Assembly (NCBI GenBank): GCA_028534125.1
Contig: CM052850.1
Location: 25,916,001 to 25,980,000, forward strand
Reading direction: 5' to 3'
DNA: 64,000 bases
DNA from: Lama glama
Lineage: Eukaryota
A model generated the notes under the pieces. It searched no databases. It was not told the DNA's origin and saw only the letters and a list, made by a program, of their open reading frames with translations. Both the position numbers and the translations under genes were made by a program. Position 1 is the stretch's first letter, and each line of letters begins with the position of its first letter. Positions 24,205-35,619 of this stretch are shown one piece after another.

Positions 24205-26069
24205 TCAGCGGCCGCAGGAGACGCTAACGCCCAGGTGCCCACTGCACCCAGCCCCTCTGTCGCCCCGCCTACTCCCTCATTCCCGCCTGCCTCCGCCCCA
24301 CACAGGTGCCCCACTGCGCAGGCCACCTTTGGGCCACCTCTGGACACCAGACTTCCTCCCAAGTGTCCACGGAAAATCTGCTTTAATGAGCATCACAGGA
24401 GCCCAAGGGGAAAATAATCTCAAAGGGCATGCGGATGGGTCAGGGCCCCAAGCCTTTGTCCTGATCGCAGAGGTGCGCCCACAGGGGGACAGGTGACTGC
24501 ACCTGAAGGTCTCTGGGCTCAGGGTCCTCATCGCAAAAGGGGGACAGGTGGAGGTCCCCCCGACCAGGTCATCACTGGGGTAAACGTGAGTCCTGCGTGC
24601 ACTGGGCTTTTCCCGGGCCTGGGGCCCCTAACCGTCAGTAGGGACCACCAGGAGGAGGGTCCAGTGGACAGGCCAGCAGGGCCCCTGGTCACCTTAGGTG
24701 GCCGCTGTCCTGGCACTGTCACGTACAGTGGCCATGCCCACTTACCCATGCACTCTCCCCTCACTGGTGGCTCAGGAGGATTGACAGCCACGTGCACCTA
24801 TGGAGGGCCAAGCATCAGTGCATCCAGCTTGGGCGCCACAGCCAGGCCGGGTCAAGGCACCGCTTTCCCCGACCCGCGTGGGGCTGGACCAGCCAGCACA
24901 CAGCAGGCCGCCTGTTGGGCCCTTGACCCAGGAGCCAGCGCTGCCGGGTCCTGGCTGCCCCCATGAGGCCCTCTGCCCAGGCTCTGCTAGCGCTTGAAGT
25001 CACAGCAGAGGTGACGACTGCTGATCTGGGTCCCAGCCGCCATTTTGAACCCACTTCCACAGGGAGCCTGGTCCCTGGGCAGTGAGGGGAGGAAACGGGC
25101 CTGCAGTTCTGAGAGCCATGGGCACCCCCCAAGCTGGCCCAGAAACACATCTCGCTGCTGGGTGGGGGCACTTTCTGCCACCTGCCCCCTGAATTGTCAG
25201 TGCCTTTGGCTGCAGTGTCCACCCAGATAAGAGATGGAGGTGGAAGCCTGCCCACACCCTGAACTCCCCCGTGGGCCCTGGATGAAGGGGGCACTGGTCA
25301 AAGCCGGCCTCACGGGAGCAGAGCTTGACGCTTGGGGGCGAGGGGCTCAGGAACGGCTTCCTACTTCTGGCTGAGGTGCTGGAAGAAACACAGCACTCTG
25401 CTCTGTTGACGACTGTGACCCAGGCTGAACGCAAAGGGAAGGAGGCAGGAGGCTTAGGTACCGGCTGTCCTTAGCACATGTGCGTGGCCAGTTGGAGAAG
25501 ACCTCCAAGCCAGTGGGGGTGCAGCATGAGGTGTCTCTGGGTGTCGGTGGTTGGAGCTGGGTGCCCTTTCTGTGTGGCACCATCCACCTTAGAAAATGCC
25601 ACATGCCAGCTCTGCCCACAGCCAGACTGACAGGGTGTCACCAGAGACTGGAAGCACATTCCTGTAATACCTGGGAAAAAGTGCTTGAAGTGGTACGTAG
25701 GAGCAGTGGAAGGTCATAATTCTACACCGATGGAGGCTAGGGTACCCCCAGCCTCCCGTTCCTCACCTCCCGCGCTTCTGGAGGCGGGAGCACTACCCTT
25801 ATGGAACCCCCCTGGCCAGGACACCCTCAGGTCCTAGCTCGCGGGGACAGAAGTCCCTGGGGAGCTGGGAGCTAAGAGCCACTGGCAAAGGGGTGTCTGC
25901 CCCTCTCCTGGCCCTGCCAGCCGCCAGCAGACAGGACCCAGCAGGGAGCAGACCAAGGGCGGCAGGAGGAGCCAGGCAGGAGGAGGGCAGCCCTCAGACG
26001 ATGCTGAAACCAGGCCCCTGCTGCTGGGGTGGGCGCCCAGCTGCCTGAGGGCCCGCGACCCCACTCTTG

Positions 26070-28426
26070 CCCATCTGCATCTTCCGGGGGGGGGTCTCTC
26101 AGAACCCACCGTGGCTGGTGGTGGTGAGGCAGGCTGGGCGCCTCCGGGCTCCTCTCCTTGGCACCCGCATGACCGCCCTGGACTTCTGGGACCTGAGGCA
26201 GTAGGTGATGGGGCTGATGGGGCTGATGGGGCTGATGGGGCTGTTGGTGTAGACTCAGGTGCGGCAGAAGAGGAGGACCCAGGGGTCCTGGAGAGGCTGG
26301 GCCCCCAGGGGGCTGAGCGTCCACAGGATGGCAGAGAGCAGCACGACCACCACTCGCACCTCGGTGACCTGTGGGCTGGCGGGGCTGTGGAGCCACTGGT
26401 GCTGGGCCCACCGCATGGCTGGTGGCCAAGCAGATGCCACCAGAGCCACAGCCATGGCTGCTGCCCCAGGACGAGGCTGCTGAGTAAGAGATGAGATCGT
26501 TACTGAGATAATCACACGACTGCTGCGTGTCCACTGGGCGCTGTGCTAAACGTTTCCCGTGCAGAGACCCAGGGCCGGCATTCAAGGCTGTGCTGGTTGA
26601 TACGCTCGTGAAACAGTCCCACCTCCGGTGGTAAATACCCATGCCCTGAGCCTCTTGTGCACCCTGCCCCCCAGGCCTCTCAGGTTCCCAGCGAGCAAAG
26701 ACCGGATGCTGGGAACAGGGCCCTGGGACCCTGATGCCGCAGTGAGGCCCGGGTGGACAGCACCGCTGCTGGCACTCTGGTTGCCTCCCCTGCACCGGCC
26801 TGCCCCCCAGTGTGCTGTTGTCACCTCCACTTGAAGGACGAGAAATCAGGGGCTCAGGGGGAAGGAGCACACAGCACGCACACCATGAACCAGCTTCTCC
26901 TGCAGCCTGCTCGTGCTCACCACTGTCCCAAATGGCCCCACCTGCACCCATTCTGGTGGGGGTTGGGGGGATGTCTGTGAGGGGGACGTCCAGTGCGGGG
27001 GGCGGGTGCTGTGCCTGCACCCACACCTCTCCCACGTCCCCCATCTCTGGCAAACCGGCCCCTCCCATCCCAGGAGACCTCGTACCTGCTTCCTGGGAGA
27101 AGGGAAGCCTCTGGCCCGGGGGCAGCTGCCGGTCACGTCCCCACCAGGCCTGCGGGGCTGCCTCTCCCAGGCTCCTGCCTCCCACCGGGCCTCTCTGCCC
27201 GCATGCTGGCACCTGTGCTGGGGCAAGTGGGCGGGGGGAACCACGGAATAAGATCCTTGCCATGAGCCCGTAGAGGGCGGTGGCCACTAGCAGGGGCGTG
27301 ACAAAGAAGACCGTGAAGTCCAGCAGGTAGATGGGCAGGCAAAGGCCGCGGGACACCGTGTAGCTGCACCACAGGCCCCGGTCCCCGTCCACATCGAGGT
27401 CCACCAAGAAGAACCAGAGCAGGCAGTAGGTGGACGTGGCCCCCTAGACGCCTGCCATGATGCGCTTGGCCTGCGCCAAGGTGCACACGGTATGTGCCCT
27501 CATCCGGTGGCAGATGGCGATGTACCTGCGGGCCACAGGGTCATGTGACCCACCCACCTGCCCATGTGATTGGGCCACGGTGGGGACACTGACCCCGCTC
27601 GGCCAATCAGATTCCCCGCTGGGGACCAAATGTGGCCTCGATGGTTGAACTGGCCCTTTTATAGGGACCTGGAGGGCCATGACCATCTGGGAAGCGAGGT
27701 GGCCATGCTGAGGGAGACTCAGGCTGCAGAACACAAGGAGCCAGTCTTGAGAGGAGAGGGCAGAAGGTGAATCGGAAGAGCAGAGCTTGTCTGCCTCTCG
27801 GGGGTACAGATCAGAGCCAGAAGAGCCCCGAGAGGGTGCCCAGTCCACTGCCCACATTCCGGGCAGGGAAACTGAGCCCAGAGAAGTGCAGGGTGCCTTG
27901 GCATCCAGCAGCAAGTCAGCAGCTGTGGTGAGACGACAACCTGCTTCCTGGTGCCTGCCCCCTCGCCCACCCTGGATGCCAGTTTACTCCAGGGTCCCAC
28001 AGGCTCCCCCCCATAAATGGGGAGCAGCCTCAGTTTACCAAGGATCACGGCCAGGAAGCCCTGGCATGCAGGAGGGGCCGGGAGCGCCGATCTCTCCACG
28101 GTGAACTCCAGGACGGAGCAAGAGGAGGCACTGATGCCCAGGAAGCCAGTGTAGCCACAGACCCACTGCCCAGCCAAGCTGTGGGAGACGATGGGCAGCC
28201 CTGCAGCCACCAGTACGGCAAGGTCAGCCAGGGCCAGGCGAGCCAGGTAGCAGTCGGTGGGTGTGTGTATGTCCTATGTGGTCAGCACCACCAGGACCAC
28301 CACGGCATTGCCCGCAATGCCCACAGCACACACGAGGAGCAACAGGAAGACCGAGGCCACCTTGTACACGACAGGGCTTGGGACAGTGTCCCTGCAAGCC
28401 AGGGGCACCTTGCTGGGTGTTTCCCG
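26070..28426 (-). pseudogene. TRHR2: TRHR2 (thyrotropin-releasing hormone receptor 2) unitary pseudogene; three coding-exon remnants at 28426-28092, 27525-27086 and 26368-~26070
   Basis: Minus-strand translation: [58 protein letters not shown]|[102 protein letters not shown]..SQK. This matches rodent TRH-R2 as recalled, and rodent Trhr2 lies between Zfpm1 and Zc3h18. Stops at 28274-28276, 27444-27446 and 26255-26257. The 3' end is approximate. Confidence 0.93.
26207..26242. repeat. 9-bp tandem repeat (GATGGGGCT)x4 inside TRHR2 exon 3
   Basis: Four perfect copies at 26207, 26216, 26225 and 26234. Confidence 0.95.
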
Positions 28427-29354
28427 GCCTCTTCCTGATTTCTGTGTTGGCTGTGCAGGCACTGGAGGGGGAGGGGCTCCAGGAGGCATCCACTGCCCGC
28501 GGCCGGGCCTCCGTGAACACCGGCCTGCTCTGAGAGCCTGGCCCCGGGGACACGCAGGAACCCGGCACTTGGGACGGGACTGCTCAGTCAGGTTGAGAGA
28601 GGACCAGGAGTGCCCGTTCTGGGCTCTGCTGTAAATAGTGTCTGCGAGTCAGCCACTCTTCAAGCCTCAGTCTCCTGGTGCGTAAACACAGACAACGGTC
28701 GGACCTAAGCCGTGAGCTCGCGGGGAGGCTGAACCCGGAAGAACGCCCGGCGAGCCCTGGCCCAGCTGCCCTTTGTCGTTAGGATGCCGCACAGCATCTC
28801 CAAGCCCAGCTAGCTCAGCTGTGAAACGGGAGAACTGAGGCACCGGCTTCTCGGGGACGTGGCGAGATTCCCACGAAACGGCGGGGCCTGGAAAGTTCTG
28901 GGCCTGGAGGCTGGTTCTGGGCCCATGTCTGCTATTACTGGTAACATTAAGGCTTCAGTCATGCGGGGCCTGTTTCCCCAGCTGCCGGCAGCTGTGTGAA
29001 CTGAGTGAGACGGAAGTGCCCGGGGGCCCCGGGAGCCCCAGGCCTCGGCCCCTACAGGCTCTGCTCCTGATCCGGGAAGAGCCAGCCAGCCTCCCACCTG
29101 TCGTGGTTCCCGCGCGGTCCCACACCACGCACAACCCACCCCTCTGCCCTCTGACCCTGCTGGTGTCACTGGCCAGAAGGACCACATGCCAGCTCCCTCA
29201 GAGCCTGGACTCCCACCTCCGCAGCCACGCCCCCCATCAGCTGCACGGACCCAGGTCCCGAGCAGAGCCGAGGCCCCTGCAGCGCGGCGGAAGCGGCGCC
29301 CCCTGCAGCTCCCACGAGTCAGGGCAGGGCTGGGAGAGAAGCGGTGGCCCCAGG

Positions 29355-29760
29355 ACACAGACCACACACCTGTGCACACACACAACACACACACAATACA
29401 CACAAAACACAACATGCCATAATACACACATAGCACAACTCCCTGTGCACACCAACATGTGGAAACACACCACTCACAAACCCACACCCCCCTCCCTGCA
29501 CAGCACACCCAACACACCCAGCCGTGCACAGACACATGCAGACCCCGACACACAGGTGGGCACCCCACACACACCTGTACCCACACGCAGGGACCCAAAC
29601 GCACACACATAAATGCACATCACAACTCGCCCACACCCCCACAACACGGGTGTCTGCTGTAACCACAGACACGCACCGTCCACACTCACACGCCCAGGTG
29701 CACTAGGATGCAGAACACACCACACACCTGTGCCCACAGCGCCTGCAGGCACTCCCCACA
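29355..29760. repeat. Degenerate (CA)n/CAC-rich low-complexity tract
   Basis: Long run of cacacac, cacaacac and cacacat units. Confidence 0.85.
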
Positions 29761-32404
29761 CTTGGTCCACGTGGCCTGTGGCCCCTCACTCTCCTGAAAA
29801 TGAGCCACCCTCCTGTTTAGCTGGAGGAGACAATTGCCCCAGGGTCCCAGCAGCCGCTGTGAACTCCAATTCCCTCCAAGGGCTCCAATTCCCTTCTGCT
29901 GCTGGAGGCCCATGGCCCGGGGAACAGAACCCAGCAGCCTCCCTACCTGCTGTGCAAGCCCCTTGCAGCAGGGGGGGCGCTCACCCATCCCTGCCCCTTG
30001 GCATCTCTGGGACCCTCCCCTCCCCACCTCCCTCTTCCCTCCTGCCTGCATGCGAGCCTTTCTCCACAAGACGTTCCACCAGGCAGGCAGCTGGGACCAT
30101 TGTCTCCCAGCCCAGCCCCCAGGAGAAACTTGGCAGCACTGAGAACTTACTGGCGAAGCCTCAATGCCTTCTTCCTCCTCCCAGAGGGAGACAGAGAGAG
30201 AGGAAAGGCGATCCCACAGGCAAGGCTCTTGGTCCTGCAGCTGCAAGGCCGCACACGTATGTACATACGTGCCGGGAGCTCGCACACCCAGACACGGGGC
30301 CCCGCAGCTTCTCCCCGCTCCGCCACGCCCCTCCGCCCACACCGCGGGGCCCAGCGCCTGCCGATGCAGCTGCCCCAGCAGGATGCCCCGTGAGAAGAAG
30401 GCCCAGGACCGCAGCACCCCCTGCCTCCCCCAGGCCACGAGTTCGGCAGGCTGGGAAGGACCGGGCTAGCCAGCCGAGCCCTCCGGGCCGGACGGGAGGG
30501 GGCAGAGACCCAGGGCAAAGGTGGGGAGGGTGCGGACCAGTCCCCCTACCCATGAGTGGCCAGGCTGGGATTACCTGGTGGCTGCTGGGTGTCTGGAATC
30601 TGGAAGGGACTCTGGTGTGGGGGCCGCTCCGAGGACACTCCACCGCGATCTGGAGGGGAAGGGACTCCAAGCGCCTCCGCAGCACGTGCCAGCAGGGAGA
30701 CGGGGCTCAGGACGTGTGTGGCGGCTCAAGAGAAGGGGCCCGGGCCTCGAGGCTCCAGGGAGCAGGGCTGCCCCACCCTTCCTGCTGGGGTGGGGCTGCT
30801 GTGTACCCATGAGGGCTAGCCTTTGGGAAGAGACCCTGAAGGGGCCCCTCAGCAGGAATGTCCCCAAATTGTCTCCCCCAAATGGCCAGGGGCCTGGCTC
30901 CTCAGAGGCATTTAAAACGCAGATTCCAGGCCAGGCTGTGTGTCACAGGCATGCACCCCAGGACCCGGGAGGGACCCGTAAGCATGCAGGTTCCTGACCA
31001 CTGAATTGAATATCTAGGAGCAGGCCCTTGAACGCGTGTTGTAGTGGCTTTCTCTCCCAGGAAGGCCAACACCTGCTGTCTTTCTGATTTTTACATTTTT
31101 ATTTTGGAACAGAATACATTCAGAGAAAGGCACACAGAACATGAAGGAAGGTTGGTGAATAAAGTGTGCACGCAGTTACCACCCCCACCCTGGCTGGCTT
31201 CCACTGCTGTGCCATCCGGGAGCCTCTGTAACCAGATCCACACGTGATGGCGTCCTGCTCACTCCACTGAGGTCAGCAGGTGGAGAGTCACCCTGGCCGT
31301 GGGTGCAGTAGCTCACCGTTCCCTCAGCTGTGTGACTCTCCCCTAGAGGACTGGACCGCAGTGTGTCCATGCACTACAGGCTGTCGATGGACTTGGGGGG
31401 GGTCTCAGCTTGGGGGAATCACAGCCACCACTGCTGTGGACACTCCTGTCCAAGAGTCCTGGCTGAGTGCATTTTCATCAGCTTGATCCAGAAAGTAGGA
31501 TTTCCGGGACCTGGCTGGACTCAGGACCACAAAGATGAGTGGAGAAGGGGGAGGACCGGTGGGGAGGGCAAAGGGTGACAGAAGAGACGGCACACTTGGC
31601 AGGCTGTGGTCTCCACTGCCCCCAACAAGCACCCCAGCCCCCACAGGGCTCCCCGGAGCACTGGGAGGGCCTGAGGGGCTCAGCGGTGCCTGGTGGACAG
31701 AGGGTTGCCCTGTCTCTCCCCTTCTGCTGCTGCCACGCCCAGCCCACCTCTGGCTCCTCTCCTGCCTCCTCTAGGATGGCCCTCCCCCAGGAATTCAGCT
31801 CCCAGGACAGCCCCCAACTGCGGTCCTCCTGGCTGGTGCTGAAGCCACCCAGCTGGGACTAGTACCCGTCTTTGATCTCACACTTCCCTCGTCCTCCAGG
31901 CCCTCCTCCTCTCTCAGACAGAAAAGACGGCCAGAGGGGAAAAGGCATCGCTGACCAGCACCTACATAGGGAGTGCCTCCTCCACCTTGAGTTCTCACGT
32001 ACTAACTTGCCTGTGGACAGTCCCCATCGCACAGAGTTTCTTGCGTCCCCACCCCCTGGTGCCCCAGGTGCAGCCAGCCTCCTCCGCCACTTTCGTTCCT
32101 AGTGAGACAGCTCTCTGACGATTTAGCTGTCCACTCAGAGAGGAAAGGACTCGGTGCTGTGTCCCCACAGCAGAAAGTCTAGCCATTAAAACTGACGTCG
32201 TAGGAGCAATCAATCGACACAGAAAGACGTTCGCAGCGCGACGAGCTAACGGCGGGCTCTGACTGGCGGGTAAGTGCTCTTTCTCGTTTGCGAAATGTGT
32301 TCAAGTCTCACAGCAACCGTCCACCAGGAGCTTAGCAAGTGGCCCGCGTGGGGCACAGCCCTCGGCCTCTCGTGGCAGTCACAGCCCTCCCCTCCTGGAG
32401 GCCA

Positions 32405-32520
32405 CTGTTACTGTTGCCAATTTTCAGAACAGAAAGCAGAGTCTCACAGAGGCAAGGAAGCTTCTCAAAGCACACAGCTAGTCAACGACAGAGCTGGGCT
32501 TTGAACCCAGATCCCTCCTT
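32405..32520. mobile_element. MIR SINE fragment
   Basis: ccaattttcagaacagaaagcagagtctcacagagg..cacacagctagtcaacgacagagctgggctttgaacccag resembles the MIR core. Confidence 0.6.
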
Positions 32521-33899
32521 CTACAAAGTAGGTGTCCTCGACCACAGGCTGGACAGCCACTCCTGTCCCTGCAACCGCAGAGTCACCGAGAGGACAGGGA
32601 CACACCCAGATCCTGGGCCACCTTATTTTCTATGTCTGCATTAGTAAATGTGGATTGATTCTGCAGTTAGAAAGTGTGCGGAGATGCCCCACAGAAGGGC
32701 CACCTGCATCACGGGGTCCTTCCCACACTCGGTCCCCAAGGCCGCGAACCCTGCGGCAGGCGGGTGGGGTTCCTAGCGGCTGTCTTGGAGCCTGAGCACC
32801 ACAGGCAACTTGTTTTCCGAGACAGGAAGCTGTTGGTTGCACCTCGGCGTGGCACATGGGCCCCGTGGGCTCTACTGGTGGCCAAGGTGCAGGAGGGTGT
32901 CAGGGTGTGAAAGTGCCGTGTGCAAGCTGTCACCGTGGGAAGAAGTCTCCGGCTGCTGCTAAAGGCTGCGAGGGGGGAGCTGGGCTGCCCTTCGCCCCTT
33001 AGTTCCACATCCATTCACTCATTCATTCACTCACCAGAACCAGCGTGTGGAGGCGCTGCCGAGTGCCAGGGCGGCAAAAACACATGAAGCCCAAAACCTC
33101 CAGTGAGGGGTCCTGGGAGTCCCTCCCCAGCCTCCTGGGGGCCTGCAGACCTCGTCAGACAAGCGGAGGCAGGTGGCCACTGCTCTGCGGGGCGTAAGAG
33201 TGGCCCCGAACGTCTCCAGGGAGGGAAGGAGGCCGGGTGGGATCAGTGCTGGGACCCCTCGGAGGTCGGGATGGAGCCTGGAGGGGACAGGCGTCCCACG
33301 GGGGTCAACACCCCTAACGGTGGAGCCCACCCCTCTGCAGCCTCTCACTGCATCTGGGTAGGGGCTGTGATGTGAGTGGCAGTTTGGATGAAGGGGTGTG
33401 TGTGTGCACGAGCTGGTGCCCTCCCGTGCCCCTCACCACTCGACCGGGAGCAAGTGCAGGGACAGATGGCTTGTGGAAGTCCAGAAGCGTGAGGCCCACC
33501 CGGCCCGGGGCCCCAGAACCCTGGGCTGGCGCGCCCTCTGGTGACAGCCGCAGACAGCAGTGGAGGCTGGTGGGCATTGGGCCGCTTGGAGAGGTGAGTC
33601 CTCTGGTGGATTCGTCCTGCATACTCACTTCCCAAGCGCGGCTTTCAGTCAAAAGCCCTTGTGTCGAGCTCACCTGTGTTAACGACAACCACAAAAGCTG
33701 GGCAAAACCATCAAGACACACACGTTGAAGCACTTGGGGGCCGGCTGGGAAAGCCCTGGGGAAGGCAGGGGACAAAGTGAGCCCCACACCACTCTGGCCT
33801 TGGGGACAGAAGCAGGAGGCACAGCCTTGCTGAGCTGAGGAGACGAGGCTCAACAGCTGGGGCTTAAGGGGAAGTGCCCGCCTGGGGAAGACCGCAGGG

Positions 33900-34060
33900 A
33901 CCAGCAGAAAGCACCGGGGAGCTTAAACAACTCACACTAACTTCTCATGGCTGTGGTGGGTGGGAGTCCGGGGTCAGGGTGCCAGCGTGGCCGGGCTCTG
34001 CTGAGAGCCCCTCCCCCTTCTGTGTCCCACCGGGGCTGGCATCTGGTGTCTCCTCTTTTA
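33900..34060. mobile_element. MaLR (MLT1-type) LTR fragment
   Basis: gcttaaacaac..ttctcatggctgtggtgggtgggagtcc..tcagggtgccagcgtggccgggctctgctgagagccc resembles the MLT1 consensus as recalled. Confidence 0.55.
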
Positions 34061-34769
34061 CAGACGTCGCCCTTTCATAGGGCTGAACAGCATTCTGCTT
34101 CATGCACGGACCACAGTCTGTTGATTCACCGTCTGCTGAAGGACATCCAGGCTGTTTTCACTCCGCGGCTGTTGTCAATAACACTGCTGGAACGTTCCCG
34201 TACAGGGTTTCATTGCTCTGGGGGTGGCATGGCCGGGTCATGGGTTAGCTCTGTCTACGCGCTCATTTCTTCCCTTGCTCATACGGATAACACGGGCAAG
34301 TATGCGGGAGCCCAGTCAACTCCTCTGTGTGCAGACACTTGCCTTAGTGGGCTGGATGGGGCGGGCTGCCCTGAGGAGGGGATCTTCTTTGTGCTCACTG
34401 CGGGCTCTCTGGAGCAGAGAGATGGGGCTCTCAAACCCCTAGGTACCCCCAGGGCCAGCCACAGAATTTGCAGGGTCCAGTGCAAGATGAAAACACGGGC
34501 CCTTGTTCAAAAATGACCAAGAGTTTTAAGGCAAGGAAAGCAAGGTGTTCGACCAAGCCCGGGTCCCTCTAGTGTGGGTCCCTCCTCCAGCAGGGAGATT
34601 CTGAGCCTCTGTGGGACGGTTCTGTGAGGCCGTGAAGGCTTCAAACACGCCCCAAATGCCACAGGACGTCCTTCTGGTCAAGGAAAGGTGACTTTGTGTT
34701 AAGCTGATCACGTTTAGCAAGATGCGGAGTTGTTTATTCCCACAGAAATGGTTTAAAATGTTAAGCTTC

Positions 34770-34891
34770 GGAGTGTAAGACAGGCTCAAGGATGTATTGT
34801 ACGACATGGGGAATATAGCCAATATTTTGTAATAACTAAATGGCAAATAACTTAAAATTGTGTAAAAAATGTTTTTTAAAATTTTAACTCA
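34770..34891 (+). mobile_element. 5'-truncated L1 3' end with A-rich tail and likely target-site duplication
   Basis: ggatgtattgtacgacatggggaatatagccaatattttgtaataact resembles a laurasiatherian L1 3' end. It is flanked by aaaatgttaagctt (34755-34768) and aaaacgctttaagctt (34892-34907) at a TT/AAAA site. Confidence 0.75.
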
Positions 34892-34975
34892 AAAACGCTT
34901 TAAGCTTTGATATTTAAACTCAGTATCTCAAAAATGATTAAGCTTTATGCTGCGCTGGTTATTTTTTAAGAAAGC

Positions 34976-35322
34976 TGTGTAAAATAAATTCAGCTGAGTT
35001 AATCTGAAGATCTAATTAGCTTTATTCAACAATTTATGAACCAGAAAGCATCCCACCTAGCACGTGGAAAGGCCTCTAGGAGCTGTGCAAAGCCGAGGTT
35101 CTCACAGGCGCTAGGAGGGCCATTGTTCAGACAAAGTCACCTTCCCCGGGGGGACAGCAGGCAGGGGCTCTTAGGCAGATCACCTCCTTGGTGCTGACCA
35201 GAAAGTTCCAGGATGATGGGGTTTCAGTTTCCACCCCTGGGAGAGGCTGAAACTTCCATCAGATGAGCTGTTAAGTCTTGGTGGAGTTAGTGACTCCGCT
35301 TTGGGCCTATTGTTTCTTAACA
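34976..35322 (-). mobile_element. Solo LTR (ERV1-type), about 345 bp
   Basis: TG..CA termini (tgtgtaaaat...ttcttaaca); tttatt at 35021-35026 is AATAAA on the minus strand; it interrupts the 112-bp array cleanly. Confidence 0.7.
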
Positions 35323-35619
35323 TTGGCGACAGTTAAAAATGTTTAAGCTCTGACATTTAAACTCAGCATCTCAAAAAAATGATAAGATTTTGTGTTGAAC
35401 TGATTGTATTTGATAAAGTAAGAGCTATTTAGTCGCCCGGAAACAGTCTAAAATGCTTAGGCTTTGAGACTTAAACCTCAGTATCTCGAAAACAGTCAGT
35501 TTGTGTTGAACTGATACGTGGAATAGAGTGAGGAGCTAGCCAATCCCACGGGAACAGTTTAAAATGCTTCATCATTGATCTTTAAGCTCATTTCTCGAAC
35601 AGGATTAACTCTTTGCTGG

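Noticed and set aside
25872-27407. 511-aa minus-strand ORF as a novel protein
   Set aside because: Only the first ~55 residues are TRHR2 ECL2/TM5. The rest is out-of-frame exon and intron read-through in GC-rich DNA.
29613-30812. 399-aa plus-strand ORF
   Set aside because: Begins in the CA low-complexity tract, is Pro/Ala/Gly-rich and shows no homology cues.
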